From positions 32,001 to 96,000 of the forward strand of contig CAVUPH010000016.1 in NCBI GenBank assembly GCA_963743305.1: DNA of 64,000 nt, given 5' to 3'. Each line of letters opens with the position of its first letter. The stretch's first letter is position 1. Origin of the DNA: an uncultured delta proteobacterium. GTDB taxonomy: Bacteria > Desulfobacterota > RBG-13-43-22. The position numbers and the translations under genes were made by a program. Positions 20,178 to 28,744 of the stretch are shown here, piece by piece. Below the pieces are notes generated by a model, which saw only the letters and a program-made list of their open reading frames with translations, ran no database searches and was not told the DNA's origin.

Positions 20178-21329
20178 ATGAATTTTGATTTGGATGAGCG
20201 TCAAAATCAAATCCGGAAGGCGTTGCGGAGTCTCTTGACCGAGGAAGCCGAGTTGACCGGTGACTTCGACAGCCAAAACCTGACGGGCCTTTCCCGGGCC
20301 TACCGGCATCTTCTGAAAAAGCTGGCCGGCAGCGGCTATTTGGAAATCGGACTGACCCCCGAGCCGGCCGGACGATCGCCTTATGCCGACCTGAGTACCG
20401 CGGTGCTGGCCGGTGAACCCTTCGCCGAGGTCTTCCCCGATATCTATCTGGGCATTGAGATCAGCAGTCGGGTCGTGGGCGGATTGTTAGCTCGTTACGG
20501 CAGCGAGGTCCTCAAAGACCGCTATCTGGCGCCGCTGCTCAAGGGGGAGCTCCTGGGGACTGTAGCCCTGAGCGAATCGTTGAGCAACTTCCCGTCGGCA
20601 AAGTTAACGACTCAGGCCGTAATGCGGGGGGAGGACTTCCTGCTCAACGGGACCAGGAAAGGGGTCATTAACGGTTCTCTGGCCGACCTCATCATCGTTC
20701 CGGCCTGGCTGGGTGAGCAAACCGCCCTGTTGATTGTTCCGTCCTCCCAAGAGGGGCTGGCCCCCTCGGAACCCTGCGCGGCTTTGGGGTATAAGGGCAT
20801 TGCCTTTTCCGACCTGGCGTTCCGGAATTGCAGTGTGGCCAAGGAAGAATGTATCGGTCTATTTGAGAGCCAGACCATCCGGTCCGAACTTCAGGTCAAA
20901 ATCAATCTGGCCATTACCGTTTCCTCCCTGGGGGTCATGCACCGGGCTTTGTACCGGGCCAAGGAATATGGCGCGGCCGCTGAGGAGGGGGAAAAGCCGC
21001 CTCTGGCCCATCAGGAATTTCGGTACCGGCTGGCGGAGATGTTCGCCCTTTACCAGACCGCGCAGCTTCTGGCCTATCGCGCGGCCTGGATGCTGGAGCA
21101 GGGGATAGTCGAGGCGAATACGGTAGTGGATTCCGCCAAGGTGTTTATCACCGAAGCGGCGGAGGAGGTGACCCGCGGGGCTATGCAGATCGCGGCCCTG
21201 GACGGTTACCTGGGTAGCAATACCCTGGAAGCGGGTTTTCGGGATGCCCGCTTCGGTCCGGTGGCCGGAGAATCCTCGGAAGTGCTGCGGATGCGGATCG
21301 CGAATGATTGTTTGAGGAAATATGCGTGA
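20178..21329 (+). CDS. Divergent acyl-CoA dehydrogenase homolog (possible non-catalytic partner subunit)
   Basis: ACAD fold motifs present but degenerate: ALSESLSN for xTEPxxGSD, ALDGY for xGGYGY, VAGESSE for IGGGTSE. Confidence 0.8.
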   Translation: MNFDLDERQNQIRKALRSLLTEEAELTGDFDSQNLTGLSRAYRHLLKKLAGSGYLEIGLTPEPAGRSPYADLSTAVLAGEPFAEVFPDIYLGIEISSRVVGGLLARYGSEVLKDRYLAPLLKGELLGTVALSESLSNFPSAKLTTQAVMRGEDFLLNGTRKGVINGSLADLIIVPAWLGEQTALLIVPSSQEGLAPSEPCAALGYKGIAFSDLAFRNCSVAKEECIGLFESQTIRSELQVKINLAITVSSLGVMHRALYRAKEYGAAAEEGEKPPLAHQEFRYRLAEMFALYQTAQLLAYRAAWMLEQGIVEANTVVDSAKVFITEAAEEVTRGAMQIAALDGYLGSNTLEAGFRDARFGPVAGESSEVLRMRIANDCLRKYA

Positions 21330-21376
21330 AGAATTCGGCAAAGTGCAAAGGCCAGAGTAAAAGTGGGCAAGGGCTC

Positions 21377-21474
21377 GTCATTGCGAGCGAAGCGAAGCAA
21401 TCTCCCGGTCGAGCTTGGGGAGCGTTGTAAGCCAAATCGGGGGATTGCTTCGTCGCTTCCCTTCTCGCAATGAC
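21377..21474. repeat. REP-like palindrome (gtcattgcgagcgaagcgaagcaatc family)
   Basis: gtcattgcgag...gaagcaatc / gattgcttcg...ctcgcaatgac; same family at 17818-17903 and 27093-27189. Confidence 0.85.
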
Positions 21475-21591
21475 AGTATGATTGCAGCAGGGGGTAGGTC
21501 AAGCGAAGCGGATCCACCAGCTACGCGTGTCAGGACCGAATAGCTTTATCGGTCTTATGGAAAAACCTACCTAACAGGATCGGTCAAGAAT

Positions 21592-23208
21592 ATGGAAGTC
21601 ATCGAAACCAGAATCGATAAGAATTCTGCCGAATTCCGGGGAAACGAGGAGCACAACCGGAACTTGGTGGCCAGACTCCAGGAAGCCTTGCACCAGGCTC
21701 GGGAAGAGCGCTCGGAAAAGGCCCTGGTCCGAATGCGCGAGCAGGGAAAGCTTTCGGTCCGGGAACGGCTGGATCTATTATTGGACAAGAATACCCCTTT
21801 TCTGGAGATCGCCCCCCTGGCCGCTTTTGATATGTATGATAAGAAAGTACACGCGGCCGGGATCATCGCCGGGATCGGAGTGGTGGAAGGACGGGAAGTG
21901 CTGGTCCATGCCAATGATTCCCTGATCAAAGGCGGGACCATTTATCCCCTGGGGGTTAAGAAGGGCCTGCGGATCCAGACCATCTGCATGGAAAACCGTT
22001 TGCCGGTGGTCAACCTGGTGGACTCCGGCGGGGCCTACCTGCCTCTGCAATCGGAAATTTTTCCCGATGCCGACGACGGCGGCCGGATTTTTTACAACCA
22101 GGCGATCATCTCCAAGATGGGCATCCCCCAGATCTGCGGGGTCATGGGCCTGTGCACAGCCGGAGCGGCTTACATTCCGGCTATGAGCGATGAGGTGGTC
22201 CAGGTCAAAGGAACCGGAGCCATTTTTTTGGGCGGCCCGCCGTTGGTGCTGGCCGCCACCGGGGAGGAAGTAACGGCCGACGAACTGGGCGGTGCCAATG
22301 TGCATTGCCGCCAGTCCGGGGTCTCCGACTATTTTGCCGAGGACGACGCCCACTGCATCGATTTGATTCGACAGATCGTCAAGAACCTGCCTCCGGCACA
22401 AAAAGCCGAGGTCGGGCAGCGGGCGGCGCGGCCCCCGGTCTATGAGCCGAAAGAGTTGTACGGGATCATTCCCCAGCGGATCAGCACCCCTTATGACGTC
22501 AGAGAGGTCATCGCCCGGATGGTGGACGGAAGCGAATTCCTGGAATTCAAGGCCTTATACGGGCCGACCCTGGTCTGCGGCTGGGCCTACATCCATGGCT
22601 ACCCCGTAGGCATCCTCGGCAATAACGGTATTCTTTTTTCCGACAGCGCCCTCAAGGCCACCCAGTTCATCCAGCTTTGCGATAAAAGGGGAATTCCCTT
22701 GCTGTTTTTGCAGAACATCGCCGGGTATATCATCGGAAAAGAATACGAACGGATCGGCATCACCAAGGACGGGCATAAGATGGTCAACGCCGTAGCCACG
22801 GCCACGGTGCCCAAGTTTACCGTAATCCTCGGGGCTTCCTTCGGGGCCGGCAATTACGGCATGTGCGGCCGGGCCTATTCGCCGCGTTTTTTATGGATGT
22901 GGCCGAACGCCCAGATCGGGGTTATGGGCGGAGAACAGGCCGCCGATGTACTGATCACCGTTAAAAACGACCAGTTGGCCCGGGAAGGGCAACCGCCTCT
23001 GCCGAAGGAAATGGTGGAGCAGATCCGCGGGCCGATCATCGCCTCGGCCTTTCGGGAAGGCAACGCCTACTACTCCACGTCCAACCTTTGGGACGACGGA
23101 ATCCTGGATCCGGCCAAGACCCGGGACGTGCTGGGGCTGGCCATCTCGGCCGCCCTGAATGCGCCGATTCGCAGTGGGGCCTATGGATACGGCACGTTCA
23201 GGATGTAA
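21592..23208 (+). CDS. 3-methylcrotonyl-/geranyl-CoA carboxylase-type carboxyltransferase (LiuB/AtuC-like)
   Basis: LVDSGGAYLPLQ, GLCTAGAAYIPAMSDE, IFLGGPPLV, SFGAGNYGMCGRAY. Confidence 0.92.
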   Translation: MEVIETRIDKNSAEFRGNEEHNRNLVARLQEALHQAREERSEKALVRMREQGKLSVRERLDLLLDKNTPFLEIAPLAAFDMYDKKVHAAGIIAGIGVVEGREVLVHANDSLIKGGTIYPLGVKKGLRIQTICMENRLPVVNLVDSGGAYLPLQSEIFPDADDGGRIFYNQAIISKMGIPQICGVMGLCTAGAAYIPAMSDEVVQVKGTGAIFLGGPPLVLAATGEEVTADELGGANVHCRQSGVSDYFAEDDAHCIDLIRQIVKNLPPAQKAEVGQRAARPPVYEPKELYGIIPQRISTPYDVREVIARMVDGSEFLEFKALYGPTLVCGWAYIHGYPVGILGNNGILFSDSALKATQFIQLCDKRGIPLLFLQNIAGYIIGKEYERIGITKDGHKMVNAVATATVPKFTVILGASFGAGNYGMCGRAYSPRFLWMWPNAQIGVMGGEQAADVLITVKNDQLAREGQPPLPKEMVEQIRGPIIASAFREGNAYYSTSNLWDDGILDPAKTRDVLGLAISAALNAPIRSGAYGYGTFRM

Positions 23209-23246
23209 CGCTGAAAGGCGTAATATTCCACTGCCCAGGAAAAGGT

Positions 23247-23335
23247 CGTCATCCCGGACAAGCGAAGCGGGATCCGGAATCCAGGGCCGTTGGGGCTTCA
23301 AATGCCCTAGATCCCGGATCAAGTCCGGGATGACG
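23247..23335. repeat. REP-like palindrome (cgtcatcccggac...gtccgggatgacg family)
   Basis: Terminal inverted repeats; related elements at 30590-30705 and a half copy near 34599-34628. Confidence 0.8.
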
Positions 23336-23370
23336 GTAAAGACAAATGCCTAAAAAAGGTTTTCGAGGTT

Positions 23371-24858
23371 ATGTTTAAAAAAGTTCTTATCGCCAATCGC
23401 GGGGAAATCGCCGTCCGGATCATCCGCACCTGCCGGGAAATGGGCATCCAAACCGTAGCGGTTTATTCCGAGGCGGATAAAACGGCCCTCCACGTCCTGG
23501 AGGCCGAAGAGGCCGTCGGTCTGGGCTCGGCCGAGCCGATCCAGAGCTACCTGAACATCGATCGCCTGCTGGAGGCCGCCCGGCAAACGGGGGCCGAGGC
23601 GATTCATCCCGGATACGGCTTTCTGGCGGAAAACCCGGAATTTGCCGAACGCTGTCAGCAAGCGAACATCGTTTTTATCGGCCCTCCGGCCAGGGCCATC
23701 CGTGACTTGGGCAGCAAGACGACGGCCCGAACTATTATGCTTCAGACCGGGGTGCCGGTTATACCCGGCCTGAACCAGACTTCCGTGGACCTGCGGGTCT
23801 TTTCCCGGGAGGCCGAGCGTTTGAAGTATCCGGTCATTATCAAGGCCGCCGCCGGAGGGGGAGGCAAGGGGATGCGGACCGTCTACGATCCGGGCGATTT
23901 GGCGGAGGCCTTTCAATCTTGCCAAAGCGAAGCGGAAAAGGCTTTCGGAGACGGGTCCCTTTATCTGGAGAAACATTTGGAAGGGCCGCGGCACGTGGAG
24001 TTTCAGGTCCTGGCCGACTCCTTCGGGAACGTAGTGCATCTTTTTGAGCGGGAATGTTCCATCCAGCGGCGTCACCAGAAGATCATCGAAGAAACCCCCT
24101 CGCCGGCGTTGACGCCGGATCTCCGACGGCAAATGGGGCAGGCGGCGGTGGCTGCCGCCCGGGCCTCGGGATACGTCAATGCGGGCACCGTAGAATTCTT
24201 ACTGGACCGGGAGGGGCGTTTCTACTTTCTGGAAGTGAACACCCGGTTGCAGGTGGAGCACCCCATTACCGAGGTCACGACCGGCCTCGATCTGGTCCGC
24301 TGCCAATTGGAAATCGCCGCCGGGCAGGCCCTGTCTTTCCGGCAGGAAGAGATCCAGCCCAGGGGCCATGCCATCGAATGCCGGATCTATGCCGAAGACC
24401 CGGAGGCCCAATTTTTCCCTTCTCCCGGGAAGATCCTCTATCTTCGGGAACCATCCGGACCCGGAATCCGGATGGACAGCGGGATCCGGGCCGGGTTCGA
24501 CGTGCCGATGGAATACGACCCCATATTAGCTAAACTGATCGTCTATGCCGAAAACCGGGAGGCGGCCCGGAAGCGGATGATCCGGGCGCTGGAAAATACC
24601 GTTATCTTGGGAATCCAGACCACGATTCCCTTTCTCCTGGAGGTATTTAAAACCACGGAATTCAAGGAAGGGCGGACCCGGACCGATTTCATCGACCGTC
24701 ATTTTGAGGGCTGGAAGCCGGATCGGGGGAAAGCCGACCTGGCCAGGATAGCCTTTGCGGTCCATGACCGGTCCCCGAGGGAAATCCCGGCCGGAGAAAA
24801 ACCCTCGGCGCCGGACAGAAGGGGTCCCTGGCAAACTCTGGGGGGATGGAGACTCTAG
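23371..24858 (+). CDS. Biotin carboxylase (MCC/GCC alpha N-terminal part)
   Basis: IANRGEIA, HPGYGFLAEN, GGGGKGMR, ERECSIQRRHQK, EVNTRLQVEH. Confidence 0.95.
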   Translation: MFKKVLIANRGEIAVRIIRTCREMGIQTVAVYSEADKTALHVLEAEEAVGLGSAEPIQSYLNIDRLLEAARQTGAEAIHPGYGFLAENPEFAERCQQANIVFIGPPARAIRDLGSKTTARTIMLQTGVPVIPGLNQTSVDLRVFSREAERLKYPVIIKAAAGGGGKGMRTVYDPGDLAEAFQSCQSEAEKAFGDGSLYLEKHLEGPRHVEFQVLADSFGNVVHLFERECSIQRRHQKIIEETPSPALTPDLRRQMGQAAVAAARASGYVNAGTVEFLLDREGRFYFLEVNTRLQVEHPITEVTTGLDLVRCQLEIAAGQALSFRQEEIQPRGHAIECRIYAEDPEAQFFPSPGKILYLREPSGPGIRMDSGIRAGFDVPMEYDPILAKLIVYAENREAARKRMIRALENTVILGIQTTIPFLLEVFKTTEFKEGRTRTDFIDRHFEGWKPDRGKADLARIAFAVHDRSPREIPAGEKPSAPDRRGPWQTLGGWRL

Positions 24859-24859
24859 A

Positions 24860-25372
24860 ATGTCCGGGCGCTGCGAATTAAAAATCGGAAATGAGACCAA
24901 AACGCTGGAGTGGCTGCCGGGAGAAGATCCGGACCGGGCTCGGATCCTTATTGGCGAAGCGGAATATATGGTTTTCTTTCAGGCCGTCGATGACCACCAG
25001 GTCCTGATGCAGGTGGACGGGCGGCCGATTCGGGCCTTCGTCGCCGGGGACGCGAACAGGAAATATGTGTTTATCGATGGCGAGGTCTTTGGGGTCGAGG
25101 AATTGGATCAGGCCCGGAAACGAAAAAAACGGGCGGGCCTGGATGAAAGTCCGGGAGAGGTGACCCCCCCCATGCCCGCCGTGGTGATCCGCATTCTGGT
25201 TCAAGAGGGGGAGGAGGTCGTCAAAGGACAGGGCTTGGTGGTGGTCTCGGCCATGAAGATGGAAACGACCCTGAAGGCCCCTTTCGACGGCCTGGTGAAA
25301 AAGATAAATACCGCCTTGCAGGCCAAGGTCATGCCGGGAGACCGATTGATCGAGATCGAGGAAAGGAAGTAG
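24860..25372 (+). CDS. BT-like domain plus biotin carboxyl carrier subunit
   Basis: SAMKME biotinylation motif; ATG 1 nt after the upstream TAG. Confidence 0.9.
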   Translation: MSGRCELKIGNETKTLEWLPGEDPDRARILIGEAEYMVFFQAVDDHQVLMQVDGRPIRAFVAGDANRKYVFIDGEVFGVEELDQARKRKKRAGLDESPGEVTPPMPAVVIRILVQEGEEVVKGQGLVVVSAMKMETTLKAPFDGLVKKINTALQAKVMPGDRLIEIEERK

Positions 25373-25415
25373 CGACGGGCGCGTTTTAAGCCCGTCAGCG
25401 AGGTTATCAATAGTC

Positions 25416-26192
25416 ATGAGCGACGATCTCCTCTACGAAGTCAAAGATCAGACGGCCTTCCTGACCATTAACCGGGAAGACCGCCGCAACGCCATCAGCC
25501 AGGAAATGATCTCGACGTTTCATTCCTGCCTGGACCAGGCCGACCGGGATGAGACGGTTCGGGCCGTCTGTTTGACGGCTAAAGGGGACCGGGCCTTCTG
25601 TTCGGGGGCCGACTTGGGCCTCACCCTGGCCGGGGAAGGGGAAGACCGGTTGGCCGGGGCCAGGCATTATGCGGCTTTGATGAAAAAAATGTCCCGCTTC
25701 GGGAAGCCTACCGTGGCCCGGGTGAACGGTGCCTGTCTGGCCGGCGGATTGGGGCTGATGCTTTCCTGCGATATCGCCATCGCCCGCCAGGACGTCTCCT
25801 TCTGGACCCCGGAGGTCAACGTGGGGATATTCCCCATGATGGTGGGCGCTCTGCTGATCCGACAGGTGGGCTGGAAAAAGATGATGGATATGGTCTTGAC
25901 CGGGAGGAAGGTTCCGGCTGCGGAAGCGGAGCGGATCGGCCTGATTTCCCGGGCGGTGGCGCCGGAGCGCCTGGAGGAAGAGGTACAGGAGGTATTAAGG
26001 GGTCTGACGGCCAAGAGCCCGATAGGGTTGCGGATCGGGAAAGAGGCCTTTCGGGAAATGGCCGATAAGCCCTTCGACGACGCGGTGGACTATCTCTGCG
26101 AAGCACTGGGCCGGGCCGTTTCCACGGAAGATGCGCTGGAAGGCATGATGGCCTTTATCGAAAAACGGGAACCGAATTTCAGGGGCCGCTGA
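25416..26192 (+). CDS. Enoyl-CoA hydratase/isomerase (LiuC/AtuE-like by context)
   Basis: AFCSGADL, GACLAGGLGL, PEVNVG crotonase motifs. Confidence 0.92.
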   Translation: MSDDLLYEVKDQTAFLTINREDRRNAISQEMISTFHSCLDQADRDETVRAVCLTAKGDRAFCSGADLGLTLAGEGEDRLAGARHYAALMKKMSRFGKPTVARVNGACLAGGLGLMLSCDIAIARQDVSFWTPEVNVGIFPMMVGALLIRQVGWKKMMDMVLTGRKVPAAEAERIGLISRAVAPERLEEEVQEVLRGLTAKSPIGLRIGKEAFREMADKPFDDAVDYLCEALGRAVSTEDALEGMMAFIEKREPNFRGR

Positions 26193-27005
26193 ATGAATTT
26201 TGAATTAGGCCGAGATTATGATAGTCTCCGGATTGGTGACCGGGCTTCCTTTTCCAAAACGATTACCGAGTCCGATGTCTATCTGTTTGCCGGGATCAGC
26301 GGGGATTTTAATCCGCTGCATGTGAATGAGGAATTTGCCAAATTGACCCCTTTCCGGACCCGGATCGCCCACGGCGCCCTGCCTCAAAGTCTGATAGCCC
26401 CGGTGCTGGGGACCCAACTCCCCGGTTTGGGGACGGTCGCCGTAGAAATCACCACCCGGTTCAAGCGGCCGACATTTTTTGGCGACACCATTACCGCCAC
26501 GGCGGAAGTGGTGGAGAAAATCGAGGCCAGAAAGCGGGTCCGACTGGTCCTGACCTGGACCAACCAAAAAGGAGAAGTGATTTCCGAGGGGGAGGCAGTG
26601 GTTATTCCACCTCCGCGGATGGAAGATTTGATGAGTAAACCTAATGAGTCAAAAACCAAGAAAGAGGAGGAAACAAAAATGGGTTTTACCAATGTGAAGG
26701 AAGTGTTTGCCAAAATGTCGGAGGCCTTTAACGCCAATGCCGCCCAGGGATTGAACGCGGTTTTTCAGTTCGATATCACCGGCGATGACGGTGGAAAGTG
26801 GAACGTGGCGGTCAAGGACGGGGCCTGCGCGGTCAACGAAGGGGCCAGCGATGCCCCCACCGTCACCCTGACCATGGCGGCGGATACCTGGCTGGCAATG
26901 GTCAATAAGGAGTTGAACGGCATGCAGGCCTTTATGAGCGGCAAGCTGAAGGCTACCGGGGACATCATGCTGGCCCAGCGGTTTGCCACCATTTTCCCGG
27001 TTTAA
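26193..27005 (+). CDS. MaoC (R)-hydratase in frame with an SCP2 domain
   Basis: FAGISGDFNPLH..IAHG hydratase-2 motif; C-terminal AVFQFDITG..MQAFMSGKLKATGD SCP2 signature; internal GAGGAGG RBS and ATG at 26679. Confidence 0.88.
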   Translation: MNFELGRDYDSLRIGDRASFSKTITESDVYLFAGISGDFNPLHVNEEFAKLTPFRTRIAHGALPQSLIAPVLGTQLPGLGTVAVEITTRFKRPTFFGDTITATAEVVEKIEARKRVRLVLTWTNQKGEVISEGEAVVIPPPRMEDLMSKPNESKTKKEEETKMGFTNVKEVFAKMSEAFNANAAQGLNAVFQFDITGDDGGKWNVAVKDGACAVNEGASDAPTVTLTMAADTWLAMVNKELNGMQAFMSGKLKATGDIMLAQRFATIFPV

Positions 27006-27092
27006 GCAGTCGCCAAAGCAGGAACGGGTTCCCGATTAAACCCCCCAGCCCGGGACGGGTGCCCGCGAAGTGCTAAAATGACAGTTACCCTT

Positions 27093-27189
27093 GTCATTGC
27101 GAGAAGCGAAGCGACGAAGCAATCCCTCGGTTAGCGGGTAACATCTCCCAAGCTCGACTGAGAGATTGCTTCGCTTCGCTCGCAATGAC
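27093..27189. repeat. REP-like palindrome (gtcattgcgag family)
   Basis: gtcattgcgag...ctcgcaatgac inverted repeat. Confidence 0.85.
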
Positions 27190-27253
27190 GGTAGAGTTCG
27201 GTTTTATTTTCGTATTAAACCTCCATGCCCCGCGGGGCACCCGCGAAGCATGA

Positions 27254-27351
27254 AAATGTCGAATAACGAATAACGAATTTCGAATGTTGAAGTAACTAAA
27301 AAAAGTCACATCGAAATTCGATATTCAGCGTTCGAAATTCGTTATTCGTAT
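27254..27351. repeat. Inverted array of heptamer repeats (CGAATAA / TTATTCG)
   Basis: gtcgaataacgaataacgaatttcgaatgttgaagt...acatcgaaattcgatattc..ttcgttattcg; similar array at 39399-39483. Confidence 0.75.
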
Positions 27352-27385
27352 TTTTTATTTAGATACTAAGGAAAGCCGCCTTCCC

Positions 27386-28525
27386 ATGTCCTATCAGGAA
27401 TATTTCGGGGAAACCCACCGCTTAGTGCGGCAAACGGTCCGAAAGTTCGTTGAGAGGGAGATTAACCCTTACGTCAACGAATGGGAAGAACAGGGGGAGT
27501 TTCCCCGGGAGTTGTACCGCCGGGCCGGAGAGGCCGGAATCTTAGGGATCGGCTATCCGGAAGCGTTCGGCGGGAGCGCAGGCGACTTATTTTTAAAGGT
27601 GGCGGCCATCGAGGAAATCGCCCGCTGCGGGTCCGGGGGGGTAGCGGCCGGTCTGGGGTCATTGGATATCGGGCTTCCGCCGATACTCCGTTCCGGCCGG
27701 GAGAATCTGAAAAAACGTTTGATTCCGCCGATCCTGGCCGGAGAGAAAATTTGCGGCCTGGCCATCACCGAACCGAATGCCGGATCGGACGTGGGGGCCA
27801 TCCGAACCCGGGCCGTTCAGGAAGGGAAGATGTACCGGGTGAACGGCCGGAAGACCTTTATCACCAGCGGGGCTCGGGCCGATGTCTTGACCTGCGCGGT
27901 CCGGACCGGCGGTTCCGGACCCCATGGGGTCAGCCTCCTGGTGGTCGAAACCGACACCCCGGGGTTCGAGGTTACTCGGGTCTTGAAAAAGATGGGCTGG
28001 TGGGCCTCGGATACGGCCGAGCTGGTTTTTGAGGATTGCCTGGTACCGGTGGAAAACTTGCTGGGGGAGGAAGGCGAGGGCTTTTACGGGATCATGGCCA
28101 ACTTTCAGATGGAACGCCTGCAATTGGCCCTCCTGGCCAACATGACCGCCCAACTGGCCCTGGAGGAATCGTTAAAGTATGTGAAACAGCGGGAGGCCTT
28201 CGGCCGGCCCCTGGAAGGCTTTCAGGTGACCCGCCACAAGCTGGTGGATATGGCCACCTTGATCGAGGCCAGCCGTGAATTCACCTACCGCGTGGCGGCT
28301 AAAATCGAGGCCGGGTTGAACCCGGTCAAGGAAATTTCCATGGCTAAAAATTTTTCCTGTCAGGTCAGCGACCGGGTCACCTATGACGCGGTTCAGATTC
28401 ACGGGGGCTATGGCTATATGCGGGAATACCTGGTGGAGCGATTGTACCGGGATAACCGGATCCTGTCCATCGGAGGCGGGACCCAGGAGATCATGAAGGA
28501 AATTATCGGCAAGCTGATGTTTTGA
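27386..28525 (+). CDS. Acyl-CoA dehydrogenase, citronellyl-CoA dehydrogenase (AtuD)-like
   Basis: YQEYF..H.LVR..VR.FVERE and RCGSGG..AGLGSLDIGLPPI match my recollection of Pseudomonas AtuD; standard ACAD motifs. Confidence 0.85.
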   Translation: MSYQEYFGETHRLVRQTVRKFVEREINPYVNEWEEQGEFPRELYRRAGEAGILGIGYPEAFGGSAGDLFLKVAAIEEIARCGSGGVAAGLGSLDIGLPPILRSGRENLKKRLIPPILAGEKICGLAITEPNAGSDVGAIRTRAVQEGKMYRVNGRKTFITSGARADVLTCAVRTGGSGPHGVSLLVVETDTPGFEVTRVLKKMGWWASDTAELVFEDCLVPVENLLGEEGEGFYGIMANFQMERLQLALLANMTAQLALEESLKYVKQREAFGRPLEGFQVTRHKLVDMATLIEASREFTYRVAAKIEAGLNPVKEISMAKNFSCQVSDRVTYDAVQIHGGYGYMREYLVERLYRDNRILSIGGGTQEIMKEIIGKLMF

Positions 28526-28744
28526 AACAGAGAGCAATCGGTCGGGGTTTGGCCCTGAGCAGGAGGCTGAGCCTTCCGGTCGTTGATTATATCAGGTAAC
28601 GGGTGGAAGGGTGATGCAACAGGATTCACCCACCCCCCCGGCCCCCTCCCGTCAAGGGAGGGGGAGGAAAGCAGTTTTTGGTCAACTAAAAGGCTTATAG
28701 GAATCGAAAATTTTTAGATCCAAAAAAAAGAAGGAGATTAAACC

